This document shows, piece by piece, positions 40,375-52,729 of a DNA stretch of 64,000 nt. The position numbers and the translations under genes are program-made. A model generated the notes under the pieces. It searched no databases, was not told where the DNA came from, and saw only the letters and a list, made by a program, of their open reading frames with translations. Each line of letters opens with the position of its first letter. Position 1 is the first letter of the stretch. Source of the stretch: Octopus sinensis (taxonomy: Eukaryota); contig NC_043002.1 in assembly GCF_006345805.1 (NCBI RefSeq), forward strand, positions 19,778,001 through 19,842,000, in the 5' to 3' direction.

Positions 40375-41070
40375 ATTTTTGTTGCTGCTGTTGCAGTTGT
40401 TGTTGTTGCTGCTGCTACTATTACTGCTACTGCAGCAATATTGATAACAATTGATATCAGCATTAAGTGGCAACAACAAAACAACAGCAGTAACATCATC
40501 AATAACACTTTAAAACTCATTAGCATCACCATCAATATCATCATCACAATTTCTACCATCATCATCATCATCTGCATCACTACCTTCATCATCACCATCA
40601 TCATCATCACCACCACCAGCACCAGTACCACAATCATCATCATCGTCATCATCATCATCATACCAACACTACCAACATCACCACCAACACTACCAATGCT
40701 ACCGACATCATCATCACCATCAACCTCATGAATATGGTTGCCACTGTCATCACCACCACCACCATTCTCATCTTCATCACCACCGCCATTGTAATTGGCA
40801 TCATTATCATTAACGTCATTACTGTCACCGCCATCGACACCACCACCACCACCACCACCACCACTACCACCAGGACTATCAATATTGTTGCCGCCACTAT
40901 CATCATCATTATTATTATCATCTCCACCTCCACTATCACCAACAATATCAGTTTCATCATCATGAGCACCACCACTACAGCAATCATTACCACCACCACC
41001 ACCACCACCACCACCATCATCATCACAAATGTCATTGTCATCATCATCACCATTGTCATCATCATTATAT
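39950..41070. repeat. (CAT/CAC/CAA/TAC)n low-complexity block
   Basis: Nearly continuous trinucleotide-derived sequence, including pure (CTA)n at 40312-40372. Confidence 0.9.
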
Positions 41071-41232
41071 AGTGCCAAAAACACGACAAAGTTCTCATGA
41101 ATAAAATACTCAAAAGCTGGCACAAAATATTTTCCAACAGCTGCATGGCTATGTTGTGCATTTATGTTTATGTATTAATATATATGTTTGTGTATGCATA
41201 AATTTACACACACACACACACACACATATATA

Positions 41233-41401
41233 TAGGAGTGGCTGTGTGGTAAGTAGTTTGCTTATGAACCACATGGTTCTGGGTTCTGTCCCACTGCATA
41301 GCACCTTGGGCAAGTGTCTTCTACTACAGCCTCGGGCCAACCAAAGCCTTGTGAGTGGATTTGGTAGATGGAAACTGAAAGAAGCCCGTCATATATATAT
41401 G

Positions 41402-41449
<48 letters not shown>

Positions 41450-41910
41450 ATATATATACGTGCAGGTGGCACGTATATATATATATATATATATATTTAC
41501 GTGCAGGTGGCACATAAAAAGCACCCACTACACTCACGGAGTGGTTGGCGTTAGGAAGGGCATCCAGCTGTAGAAACATTGCCAGATTAGACTGGAGCCT
41601 GGTGCAGCCTTCTGGCTTCCCAGAACCCCGGTCGAACCGTCCAACCCATGCTAGCATGGAGAACGGACGTTAAACGACGATGATGATGATGATGTATATA
41701 TATGTATGGTGTGTGTGTTTGTCCTCCAACATCACTTGACAACCGATGCTGGTGTGTTTACGTCCTGTAACTTAGCGGCTTGGCAAAAGAGACCGATGGA
41801 ATAAGTACTAGGCTTACAAAGAATAAGTTCTGAGTCGATTTGGTCGACTAAAGGCAGTACTCCAGCTTGGCCACAGTCAAATGAGTAAAACAAGTTAAAG
41901 AGTAAAAGAG
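41233..41910 (+). mobile_element. Family A SINE with a family C element (41498-41695) nested in its (TA)n centre
   Basis: Host head at 41233 and host tail at 41700-41910. The insert is about 98% identical to 59040-59233. Confidence 0.9.
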
Positions 41911-42279
41911 TATATACATATGATTATAGATATAAATATACATATTATTAAAATTAATAATAATATGTATGAAAATTTATATCAACACAACATTATCAAG
42001 GTAATCCAAATTGGTGAAATTCTAACTGAACAAATTTTAGCTGTTAAAAAATGCTAACAAAAAGAAACGCCAAACCAAATTTAACTTTAGACATTCATTC
42101 ACTCAACCAAGTGTGACGTCATTGGATAACTAATTTAGTTTATAAAAATAAAATATAAAAAATACCATACTAATTCCGTAGTTTTTGACAATGTGAAATC
42201 TACTTAAAAAAATTAAAAAAACCTAGCACAGAAAACGAGCATATTTATCTACTAAAATTGATGATGTCACTAGATATCT

Positions 42280-42990
42280 AAAGAACAAAAACTGCAAACA
42301 AGAATTCTATGCTAAGTTTAATAGATAACTTAAGAATAAAAACTACAGATAATAATTCTATGTAATGCTTAATAGAAACTTACATACTTTACATCACAAT
42401 AATTGATTACCTATTTATTTACCTAATATAATAAACCTTTCTATAGGAATTAACCTTATTTTATAATAACTGAAGAATTATTATATTCAACAACATACAC
42501 AACCACCAAGGATCTCACTGGATAATTAAAAAATAGAAATTACAGAAAAGATAACCAAATATCTATTTATTCATTATAATAATAAACTCTTATATAGGAA
42601 TTAACCTTATAATATAATAATTGAAAAATTATTATAATTAATAATAATATATACAATTATTGATCAATATGCTAGATAACTAAGGAATAAAAATAACAGA
42701 TATGATAATTAAATACCTATTCATTTTAATATTATACCTATAATTAGGAATTAATATTATTATATAATAATTGAAAAATTACTATAATTAATAATATATA
42801 CAATTCTTGATGATCTTGGTGGATAATTAAAAGAATAAAAATTATAGACAAGAATTCTAAATCATGCTTAATTGTAACTTAGATACTTTACATTGTTATA
42901 ACTAATTACTTACTCATTATATTAAGCACTTTAATAGAAATTAACCTGATTATATAATAATTAAATAAAAGATTATTATAATTAACCAGT
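42280..42990. repeat. Very AT-rich degenerate tandem array, ~150-bp spacing
   Basis: The motif (at)aggaattaaccttat..tataataa(c/t)tgaa(g/a)aatta recurs near 42444, 42594, 42744 and 42934. Confidence 0.75.
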
Positions 42991-44579
42991 AAAAATTTTT
43001 CAGTAAACATTAAAAAATGTATACAAGGGCATCCAGCTGTAGAAACACTGCCAGATCAGACTGGAGCCTGGTGCAGCCCTGGCTTCCCAGACCCCGGTCG
43101 AACCGTCCAACCCATGCTAGCGCGGAAAACGGACGTTAAACGATGATGATGATGATCAGTAAATTGTGTACTGGTGCCATGAGAAATGTTGCTATATTGT
43201 GACAGTTACAGATTATAGAAAGAAGTGTAAATCTGATAACCATGTAATCCAACCAAAATGTCTTAGTTACTCAAACGTAAACAGAATTACTATTTAGCCT
43301 TAAAATACATCATACATATTCAAAGAACCTTCTTGGTTTAGTGGTACGGAATGTTCTTCTGGTATTCTTTTATTCTTTTACTTGTTTCAGTCATTTGACA
43401 GTGGCCATGTTGGAGTACCACCCTTTAGTCAAAGAAATCAACCCCTGGACTTATTCCCTGTAAGCAAGCCTGGTGCTTATTCTATCAGTATCTTCTGCCA
43501 AGCAGCTAAGTTATGGGGACACAAACATACCAACATTGGATGTCAAGAAATGGTGGTGGTGGGGGGGGGCAAATATAGACACAAACACATAAATATATGT
43601 GCATGTACACACACACACACACACACATATATGAAATGGGAAGTCTTGTCAGCTAACATCATGATATTGCTTCTAATAAATCTTGATTTTTATGACTATA
43701 CCAGCTATGATTTCTGTCTGCTCCCTCAGCCCTACCCCTAACAGATATTTCCCCTTTGTTCTCTCAGCCTTAGATATACAAGGATTTGATAAACTAGTCT
43801 ATGAATTAAAAACTGACCCCATAAAAACAAAAAAAAAATCAGTGACAGGCAGAGTCTGTAACAATGTATATCTTCTTGATACCTTAGTAGCTTCTATGCT
43901 GGGGTGAAGGTAGCATGTTCTTTGTCTATCTCCTTCACTTCTTGGAGATGTTAGATATAATTATACTAATGTGTCTATCTGTTTTAATGTAATAAAATTC
44001 TATGTCTTTGTGCAACTGAGGATTGCTCTGCATTTTAAACTGATGTAATGATTGCATTGTTCAATTAAATGGAGTTGCATGAAACGATCATACTGCATTA
44101 CTTCTGGATATCCTTGTTGCTTATTTTGATTTTAATCACCTTACTTTGAAATTTTATGGATAATACCGTACTAAATTCTGGTGCCTCAACTTAAGTACCA
44201 TATTCATCTGAATCTAAATATGAATGTGTATATGTATATATGTGTGTTTGTGTGAGTGAGTATGGTTATGTATATGAGTTTGTGTGTGTTTGTATGTGTA
44301 AGTATGACTATGTGCATGTGTGTTTGTACACAAGAATATGGCATCTATATATATGTGTGTTTCTGTTTGTACATGCGTGTAGGTATTATTAATCCTAAGT
44401 GTAATTGCACACATTAACACTATTATGTACAATTAGCATGTAAAAAATAAGTGTATGAAGATTAAGTAGTTAAGTAGTAATAGCCAGTGTTCCCCTAATT
44501 TTTTTTCTTTTTTGCTGTGGGTGTGTGCAGAAATTGCACTATGTGCAAATTTTGTCCTTCTTTGCAAAGTTCATGTGCA

Positions 44580-44898
44580 CCCATGTGAGTATAAACATTG
44601 TTCACATTTCTTCAATTAAAGAAACCCAGTTTCATCTTGAAAACCCTGAAAGCCTTGTGACCACACATGATCAAACAAGCATATAATTAAGGGCATTCTT
44701 TGTTTTTTTTTAAGGCACAGTGCTCTCTGCTGGATCACATTATCAATATGTTCTACAATAATGGGGTATAATTTGAGAGTGATTTGCCTGCTATTTCTAG
44801 CAAATCAAGTGATTACTAGATGCTCTGGCTCTTTCATTGATTCCATATGGTTGTATTATTAATGATTTCAGTGTTACTTGTGATGGTATTGTGGCAAT
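44580..44898 (+). repeat. ~310-bp direct duplication, copy 1 (copy 2 at 47078-47397)
   Basis: Colinear match cccatgtgagt...gatttcagtgttact, about 95% identical by eye. Confidence 0.9.
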
Positions 44899-45450
44899 GG
44901 ATGATGGTGGTTATAGTCATTGTGATGGTGGTGGTAGTGGTGGTCATGGTGATAGTGGTTGTGAAGGATGTGGTGGTGATGTTTATGGTTGTGTTGTTAA
45001 TGAAGTCAGTGTTATACACGAGGTGGTGGTGGTGGTGTCAGTGACCATAGTTATGATTTCAATGAAGGTAGTAATGATTGTGGAGGTAGTGGAAGCAGTG
45101 GTGGTGGTGATGGTGGTGATGGTAGTGGTGGTGGTAGTGGTGGCTGTGTTGTTGTTGATGATGTCAGGGCCATTAATGAGGTGATGGTGGTGGTGGTGAT
45201 AGTAGTGGAAGCTGTAATAGCAGCGAATATTAAGGTGGTGGTGGTAGTGGTTGTTGTTGGTGGTGACTGTGTTATTGTTGATGTCAGTGCTGCTGTGGTA
45301 GTAGTGATGGTGGAAGCTAGGGAATTTTCTAGTAGTGACAGTGGTAGTGATGGCAGTAGTTGTGGTAGTGGTGGTAGTTGTAACAGTGATGGATGTTATG
45401 GTGGTGGTTGTAGGGTGGTGGTGGTGGTGGTGATAGTTTTCCAAGGTGGA
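44880..45450. repeat. (GTG/GAT/GTA)n low-complexity block
   Basis: Trinucleotide-derived tract in the opposite orientation to the 40-kb block. Confidence 0.9.
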
Positions 45451-46221
45451 GAAATCAAACACAAATGCTGCACCATTCTACATTATAATTAAGTGCTTGT
45501 TCTTTAGGTCAGTAATTAGTGTACAAAATGCAAGGAGTGAAAAACAAAGACGTAAACACAGATAAAAACACAAACAAAAATACAAAGAACAACAACAACA
45601 CAAACAACAGCAACATAAACATACCCACTAACAAAAAAAAAACACAGACAATAAATGGGGTGGGCGTTTGTATGAATGTGCTTTAAATTAATCTGGTTAA
45701 TTATCACAGGTCAATCATCAACTACTGATGTGCACGGAAATCTATGTTCATGTTTATGTATGTTTGTAAGTACATGTGTGTGTGTGTGTGCAAGTTTATG
45801 TGTGTGTATCTATGTTTGTATGCACATATATGTATATCTGTGTTTGCATAAGCATTTGAGTGCACATGCGTGTGTGTGTATGTGTGTGCAAGTTTATGAG
45901 TGTGTATCTATGTGTGCATGCACATATATGTATATCTGTGTTTGCATAAGCATTTGTGTGCGTGTGTGTGTGCATGTGTGTGTGTGTGTGTGTGCGTGTG
46001 TGTGTATGCATGTATATTGAGAGGTGGGTGTGTCTAATGTGATAATGGAATTTGTTGCTGCTAAATCACTCTCACTTTACTTACACCAACCGCCACTACT
46101 ACCACCACCACCACCACAAACTACTACTACTACTATAACTGCTATCATTACTTCACCCTCACCTCTACCACCAAAACCACCACCACTACCACCACTATTA
46201 CTACCACTGCTGCTGCAGCAG

Positions 46222-46455
46222 CAGTCCAATGAAAGACAGTCTTCAGGGATAGTGATTTGATGACAAAGATGAGGTGAAAATGGCTGTCAAGAAACAGATA
46301 CAAAAGTGCACCCCTGAATTTTTTCAAAGACAATTTGAAAGCTGGGTTCAATGATGGCACAAATGCATCACTTGTGACAGAGGCTATGTTGAGTAATACT
46401 TTTCTATAAAGAAAGACTTTTATCTACCAACACCTGAAATTTGAACAGCCTGTGT
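46222..46455 (+). mobile_element. Mariner 3' fragment
   Basis: PMKDSLQG..FDDKDEVKMAVK....CTPEFFK and W.KCI.CD.GYVE* match the mariner C-terminus. Confidence 0.7.
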
Positions 46456-47719
46456 CAGTTAATAAAAAACTTAGGTTCCCCACTTTTGCCTTATTGCTGG
46501 GACACCCCTTACACTTTACAATACTCCTGGTTTCTCTCATTTCTATTCCTCTCTTTATTTCTGTCTTTTAAAAAGAAGGGATTAAACTTGAAACATAAAA
46601 AGACACGTTTCTATTTCTCTAGCATAGCATCAGCATTTAGCAATCCTGTTCAACTTTGTTTAAATGTTTTGTCACCAATTTTGCATTTATACCTCATCAT
46701 TATCATCATCACCATATAATCCTTTCAATTATAGGCACAAGACCTGAAATTTGGGGGAAGGGGGATAGTTGATTACATTGACCATAGTGTTTCACAGGTA
46801 CTTAATTTATCAACCACGAAAAGATGAAAGGCAAAGTCAACCTCGGCGGGATTTGAACTCAGAACATAGTATCGGACGAATTACTGCTAAGCATTTCATC
46901 CAGCGTGCTAATGATGCTGCCAGCACACCTCTTTAATTTTATTCTACTGCCCTGCACCACCAGATATTCTCTACTCCATACACTCACTCCCACCAAACCC
47001 GCTCAACCCATTCCTACCCATCTCGCACCTTGAAGGTCCACTCTGACACCTCTTCACCATATAGATCACTTCCCAACCCATGTGAGTAAACATTGCTCAC
47101 ATTTCTTCAATTAAAGAAACCCAGTTTCATCTTGAAAACCTTGAAAGCCTTGTGACCACACATGATCAAACGAGCATATAATTAAGGGCATTCCTGTTTT
47201 TTTTTTAAGGCACAGTGCTCTCTGCTGGACCACATTATCAATATGTTCTACAATAATGGGGTATAATTTGAGAGTGATTTGCCTGCTATTTCTAGCAAGT
47301 CAAGTGATTACTAGACATTCTGGCTCTTTCATTGATTCCACATGGTTGTATTTTTAATGATTTCAATGTTACTAGTGATGGCAATTGGTGGCAATGCTTC
47401 CACTGCCTCCACAATCATTACCTTTCCTCTAAAATGTGAGTAGTCATTGTTGCTCCCTCACAGCATTATTGTTCCCCCATCACCTTTTAATGTCTGCGTT
47501 CCATGCTGACATGGGTTGGACAGTTTGACAGAATCTGATGGGCCCAAGGACCACATCATGCTCCAGTGTTTGTTTGGCATGGTTTCTATGGCTGACTGGA
47601 TGCCCTTCCTAATACCAACCACTTTACAGTGTGTACTGGGACCTTTTTGTCATGAGACCCACACTTTTGAGGTTGCTATGCAACAAGCAAAGGTTATGGA
47701 TCCTGAATGTTTGTTCCTT

Positions 47720-48006
47720 CTCAAGCCATAGGGCTCATAGGGCCGGTTTCCCAGTTTCCTTGACATATAGGTTCCCCACCTGGATGGAACGCCGGTCCGT
47801 CTCAGGTGAGCTGCAAGATGCAGGAGGAAAGAGTGGGAGAAAGTTGTGATGAAAGAGTCAGCAGAAGTTCGCCATTACCTTCTGCCGGAGCCATTTGGAG
47901 CTTAGGTGTTTCACTCATAAACACACACATCGCCCGGTCTGAGATTCAAACCCGCGATCCCTCGACCGCGAGTCCACTGCTCTAACCACTAGGCCATGTG
48001 CCTCCA
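47720..48006 (-). mobile_element. Family D tRNA-SINE, near full length
   Basis: Head ggaggcacatggcctagtggttagagcagtggactcgcggtcgagggatcgcgggtttgaatc on the minus strand. Confidence 0.85.
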
Positions 48007-48681
48007 CATAGATCCTGAATGGGGAGGGAGAACCTTACACTAGGAGGATAGTAGAGATGGGTAAGGTATGTGAGAAAGGGCCAGAGCAAAATATGTTTCT
48101 TGCTGTGGGGGAACAACAATGACTATTCACATTTTAGAAGAGAGGCAGGAGGTTGGGAAGTGATATACGTGGTGAAGAGCTGTCAGAGTGGGCCTTCAAG
48201 GTACAAGATGGGAAAGAATGGGTTGAGCAGGGTTGCTAGGAGTGAGTGTGTGAAGTAGAGAATGTCTGGTAGAGCAGGGCAGTAGAATAAAATGATGGTA
48301 GGGTAAACATGGGGGAGAAATGACATGTGGGTGGGTATGTTGCAGGAGTTGGTAGCAAAGTGAATCAGATGCAGTGTATGAAAAGGGCAGGATGTATGGT
48401 GGGTGTGGGGGTGAGGAGAAATAGTATGGTGGCACAGTGGGGGCAGGGGGTGGAGATGTGCAACAAAAGTGTGGATGGAAATCAGTATTAATGAATGACA
48501 ATATATAACAATATATATATATATATATATGACATATATGCAAAATAATGTCAAATATTGAAATATTGATATTTTGAATGCATTTAATGCACGTGTTTCA
48601 GGTAATTATCCAAGCAAGGAAATTTTTCTCATGAAATATGCTTATTAAATGCAATCAAAATATCAATATTTGGTTTGACTT

Positions 48682-49045
48682 TATTACCTCTGCCTTAGCG
48701 AAGGCAGAGGTATTGTTTTCAGTTGTGTTTGTTTATCTATAGACAAGATATCTCAAGAACCGCTGGATGGATTCAGATGAAATTTTCATGGATGTTTGGC
48801 CTCGTGTTTAGCACAAACTGATTAGATTTTGGCATCGATCCAGTACCAGACAAGGATTCTGGATTATTTTGCTGTTTTTTTTTTACCTAATTTTTGAGAT
48901 TGGTCAGGTTCAATTTTAGTATTCCCATTTGTGAGATCAGTCGAGTTTATTTCAGATATTCTCATTTTAAAATTCATCTCCAGCTAATCGTTGAGAGGAT
49001 GTTGGTGTTGCCTTGATGAAAGTTTGCTCTCTCTGAGTGCTTTTG
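48682..49045 (+). mobile_element. HINE-like non-autonomous Helentron
   Basis: Perfect 5' hairpin acctctgcctt-agcg-aaggcagaggt (48686-48711) and a degenerate 3' ttg...gtttgctctctctgagtgctttt. Confidence 0.75.
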
Positions 49046-49375
49046 TTATTATATATTTTATGTTTTCATGCCATCACAATCCAGCCTATCTTTGCTTCGT
49101 TTACACAGATATTCTTACAAAGACTTGAAATGGAATGTACCTGAGTCAAACAATTCTGGTGAAGTGTATTGCATCTAAGTATAATGCATAATACGTACAG
49201 ACATACATTGTTTAAGTATATATGCATGTCTACACATGCAACTATATGCATGAGAATACATAAAACAAAACATACAAATCTGCACATGCAAAGTCCCCAA
49301 CTATGGCACATATACACGAATACATGCAAAAACATCCTGTTGCTGTTGTTGAAATTCCAATGAAGGAGCCTTAGA

Positions 49376-49830
49376 TCATCATCATCATCATTGTCGTTGT
49401 TTAATGTCCACTTTCCATGCAGGCATGGGTTGGATGGTTTGACAGAGGGCTGGCAAGCCAGAAGGCCGCACCAGGCTCCAATCTGATCTGGCAAAGTTTC
49501 TACAGCTGGATGCCCTTCCTAATGCCAACCACTCCGAGAGTGTAGTGGGTGCTTTTTACAAGCCACTAGCACGAGGGCCAGTAGGTGGTACTGGCATCGA
49601 CCACGCTTGAATGGTGCTTTTTAATGTGCCAACAGCATGGGAGCCAGTCAGGCAGCCCTAGCAACAACCAAACTCAAAGGGTGCTTTTTACGTGCACCAG
49701 CACAGGGCCAGTCGGTTGGCACTGGCATCGACCACACTCAAATGGTGCTTTTTATGTGCCATTGGTATGGGACCAGTCAGGTGGCACTGGTATCGACCAC
49801 GCATGAATGGTGCTGTTTATATGCCACCAG
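49376..49830 (-). mobile_element. Family C RTE-tail element with more than four ~65-bp tandem units
   Basis: Units begin gtgctttttacgtgc... at about 49548, 49613, 49680, 49744 and 49809. Confidence 0.85.
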
Positions 49831-51035
49831 CTATAAGTAAGAAATCAGTTCTTTCTTTATTGACAAGAAATCTTGAAATAAAACTGAATAATAACATACA
49901 TACTTATACTACTACTACGGCTACCACCACCACCACAACCACAACCACAACCACAACCACCACATGGTTTGTTTTAATACATCCTTCATTGAACAATGTA
50001 TTGCTTGACGAGAGATTCAGCGCATTGGTGTGTAAGACATACCTCAACTGTGTGTGTGTGAGATCCGATAGACATGTAACATACATACTATTGACTCTAG
50101 TGTTATTTGCTACTTGAAAGAAAACCGAAAGAAAATAAATGAATAAATAGAATAGAAAATCAATGTTTAAAGCCATTTAATGATGGGTCCACAAGGGACA
50201 CATGCTAATCATATATGAAGCTGGACAAAGACAGAAATCTGTAAGAAAATCGTGATCACATCTCTGGATTAATGGGGATGACATCGACAAACAAGTCATG
50301 GACTCAACTAACGATTATCATTTGAAACTAGGTGGACAGCTAGCAATTATTGTGCGATGTGTGTGTGTTTATGTGTATGTGTATGTGTGCGAGCATGTGT
50401 GTGCATGCACATGGATGTTTGTGCATCAGAGCGTCTGTATGGATAAGTGGTAGCTAGATAGATACATATGTACATACCTTCACACATACAGACATACACA
50501 TATACATATAACATGTATATTTATTATATATATATATATGTATGATACACACACATATTTATACTTACATACATACATAAAGCTCTACCTTCATATATGC
50601 ATATGCATGTAGATGTGTCTGTACTCATCTTCCTCCTCCTCCTCCTCATCATCATCATTGTCATCAGCATTGATTGAACAGGAAATTATGTTCTCCAAGA
50701 TGGATTAGGGGGCCACATTGAATAAGCTTAATTTTTTTCTTTTTTTTCTATGGCTGGATATTCTTCCTATTACCAGCCACCCTACAGAGTATATTGGATG
50801 CTTTTTTTTCCTATGGTGCCTGCACCAGAGAAGTTATCACATTTTAGACAAAACTCAAAAATTCCCTCCTCTTTGCACAAAATAGAATGTACAGGGTTCA
50901 TTCTATCATGGCACCAGTACCAAAGAAGACAGAAGCAAGACAGGAAAGGATAACAAGAAGTGGATAAAGTGAATGATGGATGTCAGTAAATGATGGCCAA
51001 GGGTGTGTATAGCTAGAGTGCATGTAGTCCATTAA

Positions 51036-51256
51036 CCCATTTGATACCAAACTGCTTGAGACAGGTTCTGGTTCAATGATACATACTTCTTGTTTTACAG
51101 TGATCTAAGTTAAAATCTTCCATGAAAATTTCTGTTAATTTTTATTGCAAACACCAGCTTAATAACGACAAAGTTATTTTACTAAATTATTTATTATTTT
51201 CAAGATTATTTGTAACAAAGGCAGTGTATTTAAACATAAATATGGTAACAAAAGGG
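51036..51256. mobile_element. piggyBac-type MITE
   Basis: TTAA|cccatttgatacca ... tggtaacaaaaggg|TTAA. The 14-bp TIRs have 2 mismatches. Length 221 bp. Confidence 0.8.
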
Positions 51257-51298
51257 TTAAGTATATATCTCAAGAGGATGAGAAAACAAGAGTGTATA

Positions 51299-51465
51299 TT
51301 GTTACTACACTCATGGAGTGGTTGGCGTTAGGAAGGGCATCCAGCTGTAGAAATACTGCCAAACCAGACTGGAGCCTGGTGCAGCCTTCATGGCTTACCA
51401 GACCCTGGTCGAACCGTCCAACCCATGCTAGCATGGAAAACAGACGTTAAATGATGATGATGATG
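51299..51465 (+). mobile_element. Family C RTE-tail element flanked by a 57-bp TSD
   Basis: Direct repeats at 51242-51298 and 51466-51522 with one mismatch. Confidence 0.9.
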
Positions 51466-51699
51466 ATGGTAACAAAAGGGTTAAGTATATATCTCAAGAG
51501 GATGAGAAAACTAGAGTGTATAGTTCTTATGGTGTAGTAGATAAATATACTTTACTTATAATTTGGTAAATATGACTGCTTTTCCATGATTTCAAATAGC
51601 AAGCTGAATAGAGTATTCATTATGGATTTGATTTGAGAGAAGACTTCTGCTTGAATGACATTCTTTTTATCTCAGGTTTTGTTGTAACTCTTGGAGTTT

Positions 51700-52690
51700 T
51701 GCATGCATAGTGGGCTGGCTGCCTGCAGCCAACGGTACCATGCTATTTGTTCCTTTCAACTATCTAATACTTTCCTGATTATTCTGGCTGTGTGAAGGCA
51801 GTAAACCTTGTATAACAGTTCTGCTGGGCAATCTATTCTGATTTCTTTTATACTCCTCTTGATGCCTTCTGATACTGTCCCCAAGGACCCAACAATAATT
51901 GGCACTGTCTTCACTATCTTCCTTTTCCATTGCTGGGCTATTTCGTACTCAATAGGATTGTATATACCTATTGTTTCACCTTCCTTCTGGACTATTTGTG
52001 GGTCAAAGGGGGTATGCAGCACCAAATATATAGCACATGTGGTGCATCTTGTCCACCACTACTAGATCCATTTTGTTATGCTCTAGGACCTGATCTGTTT
52101 GGATTGGGAAATCTCAGAGGATTTTGCAGGCCTCCGACTCCACCACTCTCTATAGTTTATGCTCATACTACATCTTGCCTTTCTCTAGCCCCCACTTTTC
52201 ACACAGTTTCCACTGTAGCACTTTCGCTACCTCATCATGTCACTACAACTTGTAGTGGCTCAGGGCAAGTCTAGGCCATTCAATCATGATGTAGGCAATG
52301 GTTTTGTCCACTCTGTTACAGATGCAGCACAGTGGAGACAGTTGCTCATTCCTAAGGTTGACCCTCCAATTCATAGCCAAAGCTTGGTCTTGCACTGCTC
52401 TCAGTCTCTTTTTCCAGTGTTCCTTTCTTCAGCCAATCCCACCTATTTTTTCCAGCAACTGCAGTTGTGCCTACATAGAACTGATTGTGTAGTCCCTTAT
52501 TGTGTAATTCTTCTTCATGCCCTTTTTGTGCTTCTTCCTTTGTTTTTCCATTTTTCTCTGCTTTCAGTACTCCCTCATTCCTAACTGACACTAGTAAAGT
52601 TTACTTACTTTGGGATAGGTATGTCATTAAACTCCCAAGCTCAATATGTATGCAGTTCCAGAGGCGGTACCATAGCCAATGAGGGTTATC
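51700..52690 (-). mobile_element. R4/Dong-clade LINE 3' part (copy 2, older subfamily)
   Basis: LHNQFY, WDWLKKGTLEKETES, KTVPIIVGSLGTVS and TARIIRKVLDS* on the minus strand. Confidence 0.85.
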
Positions 52691-52729
52691 CGAGGTGTGG
52701 TTATTGCTAGTTGAAAATTATTATTATTA

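Noticed and set aside
40278-41123. 281-aa Asp/Gly-rich ORF resembling acidic biomineralisation proteins
   Set aside because: It lies wholly in a degenerate trinucleotide tract, several frames on both strands are open at once, and there are no convincing splice or start signals.
41940-42990. Possible NUMT or mitochondrial control region
   Set aside because: No mitochondrial tRNA, rRNA or protein motif could be recognised. It is kept only as an unexplained AT-rich array.
44837-45492. Val/Thr-rich ORFs that look like membrane or mucin proteins
   Set aside because: Translation of (GTG/GAT)n repeats.
45783-45961. 98-bp tandem duplication in GT-rich sequence
   Set aside because: Ordinary slippage within a compound microsatellite.
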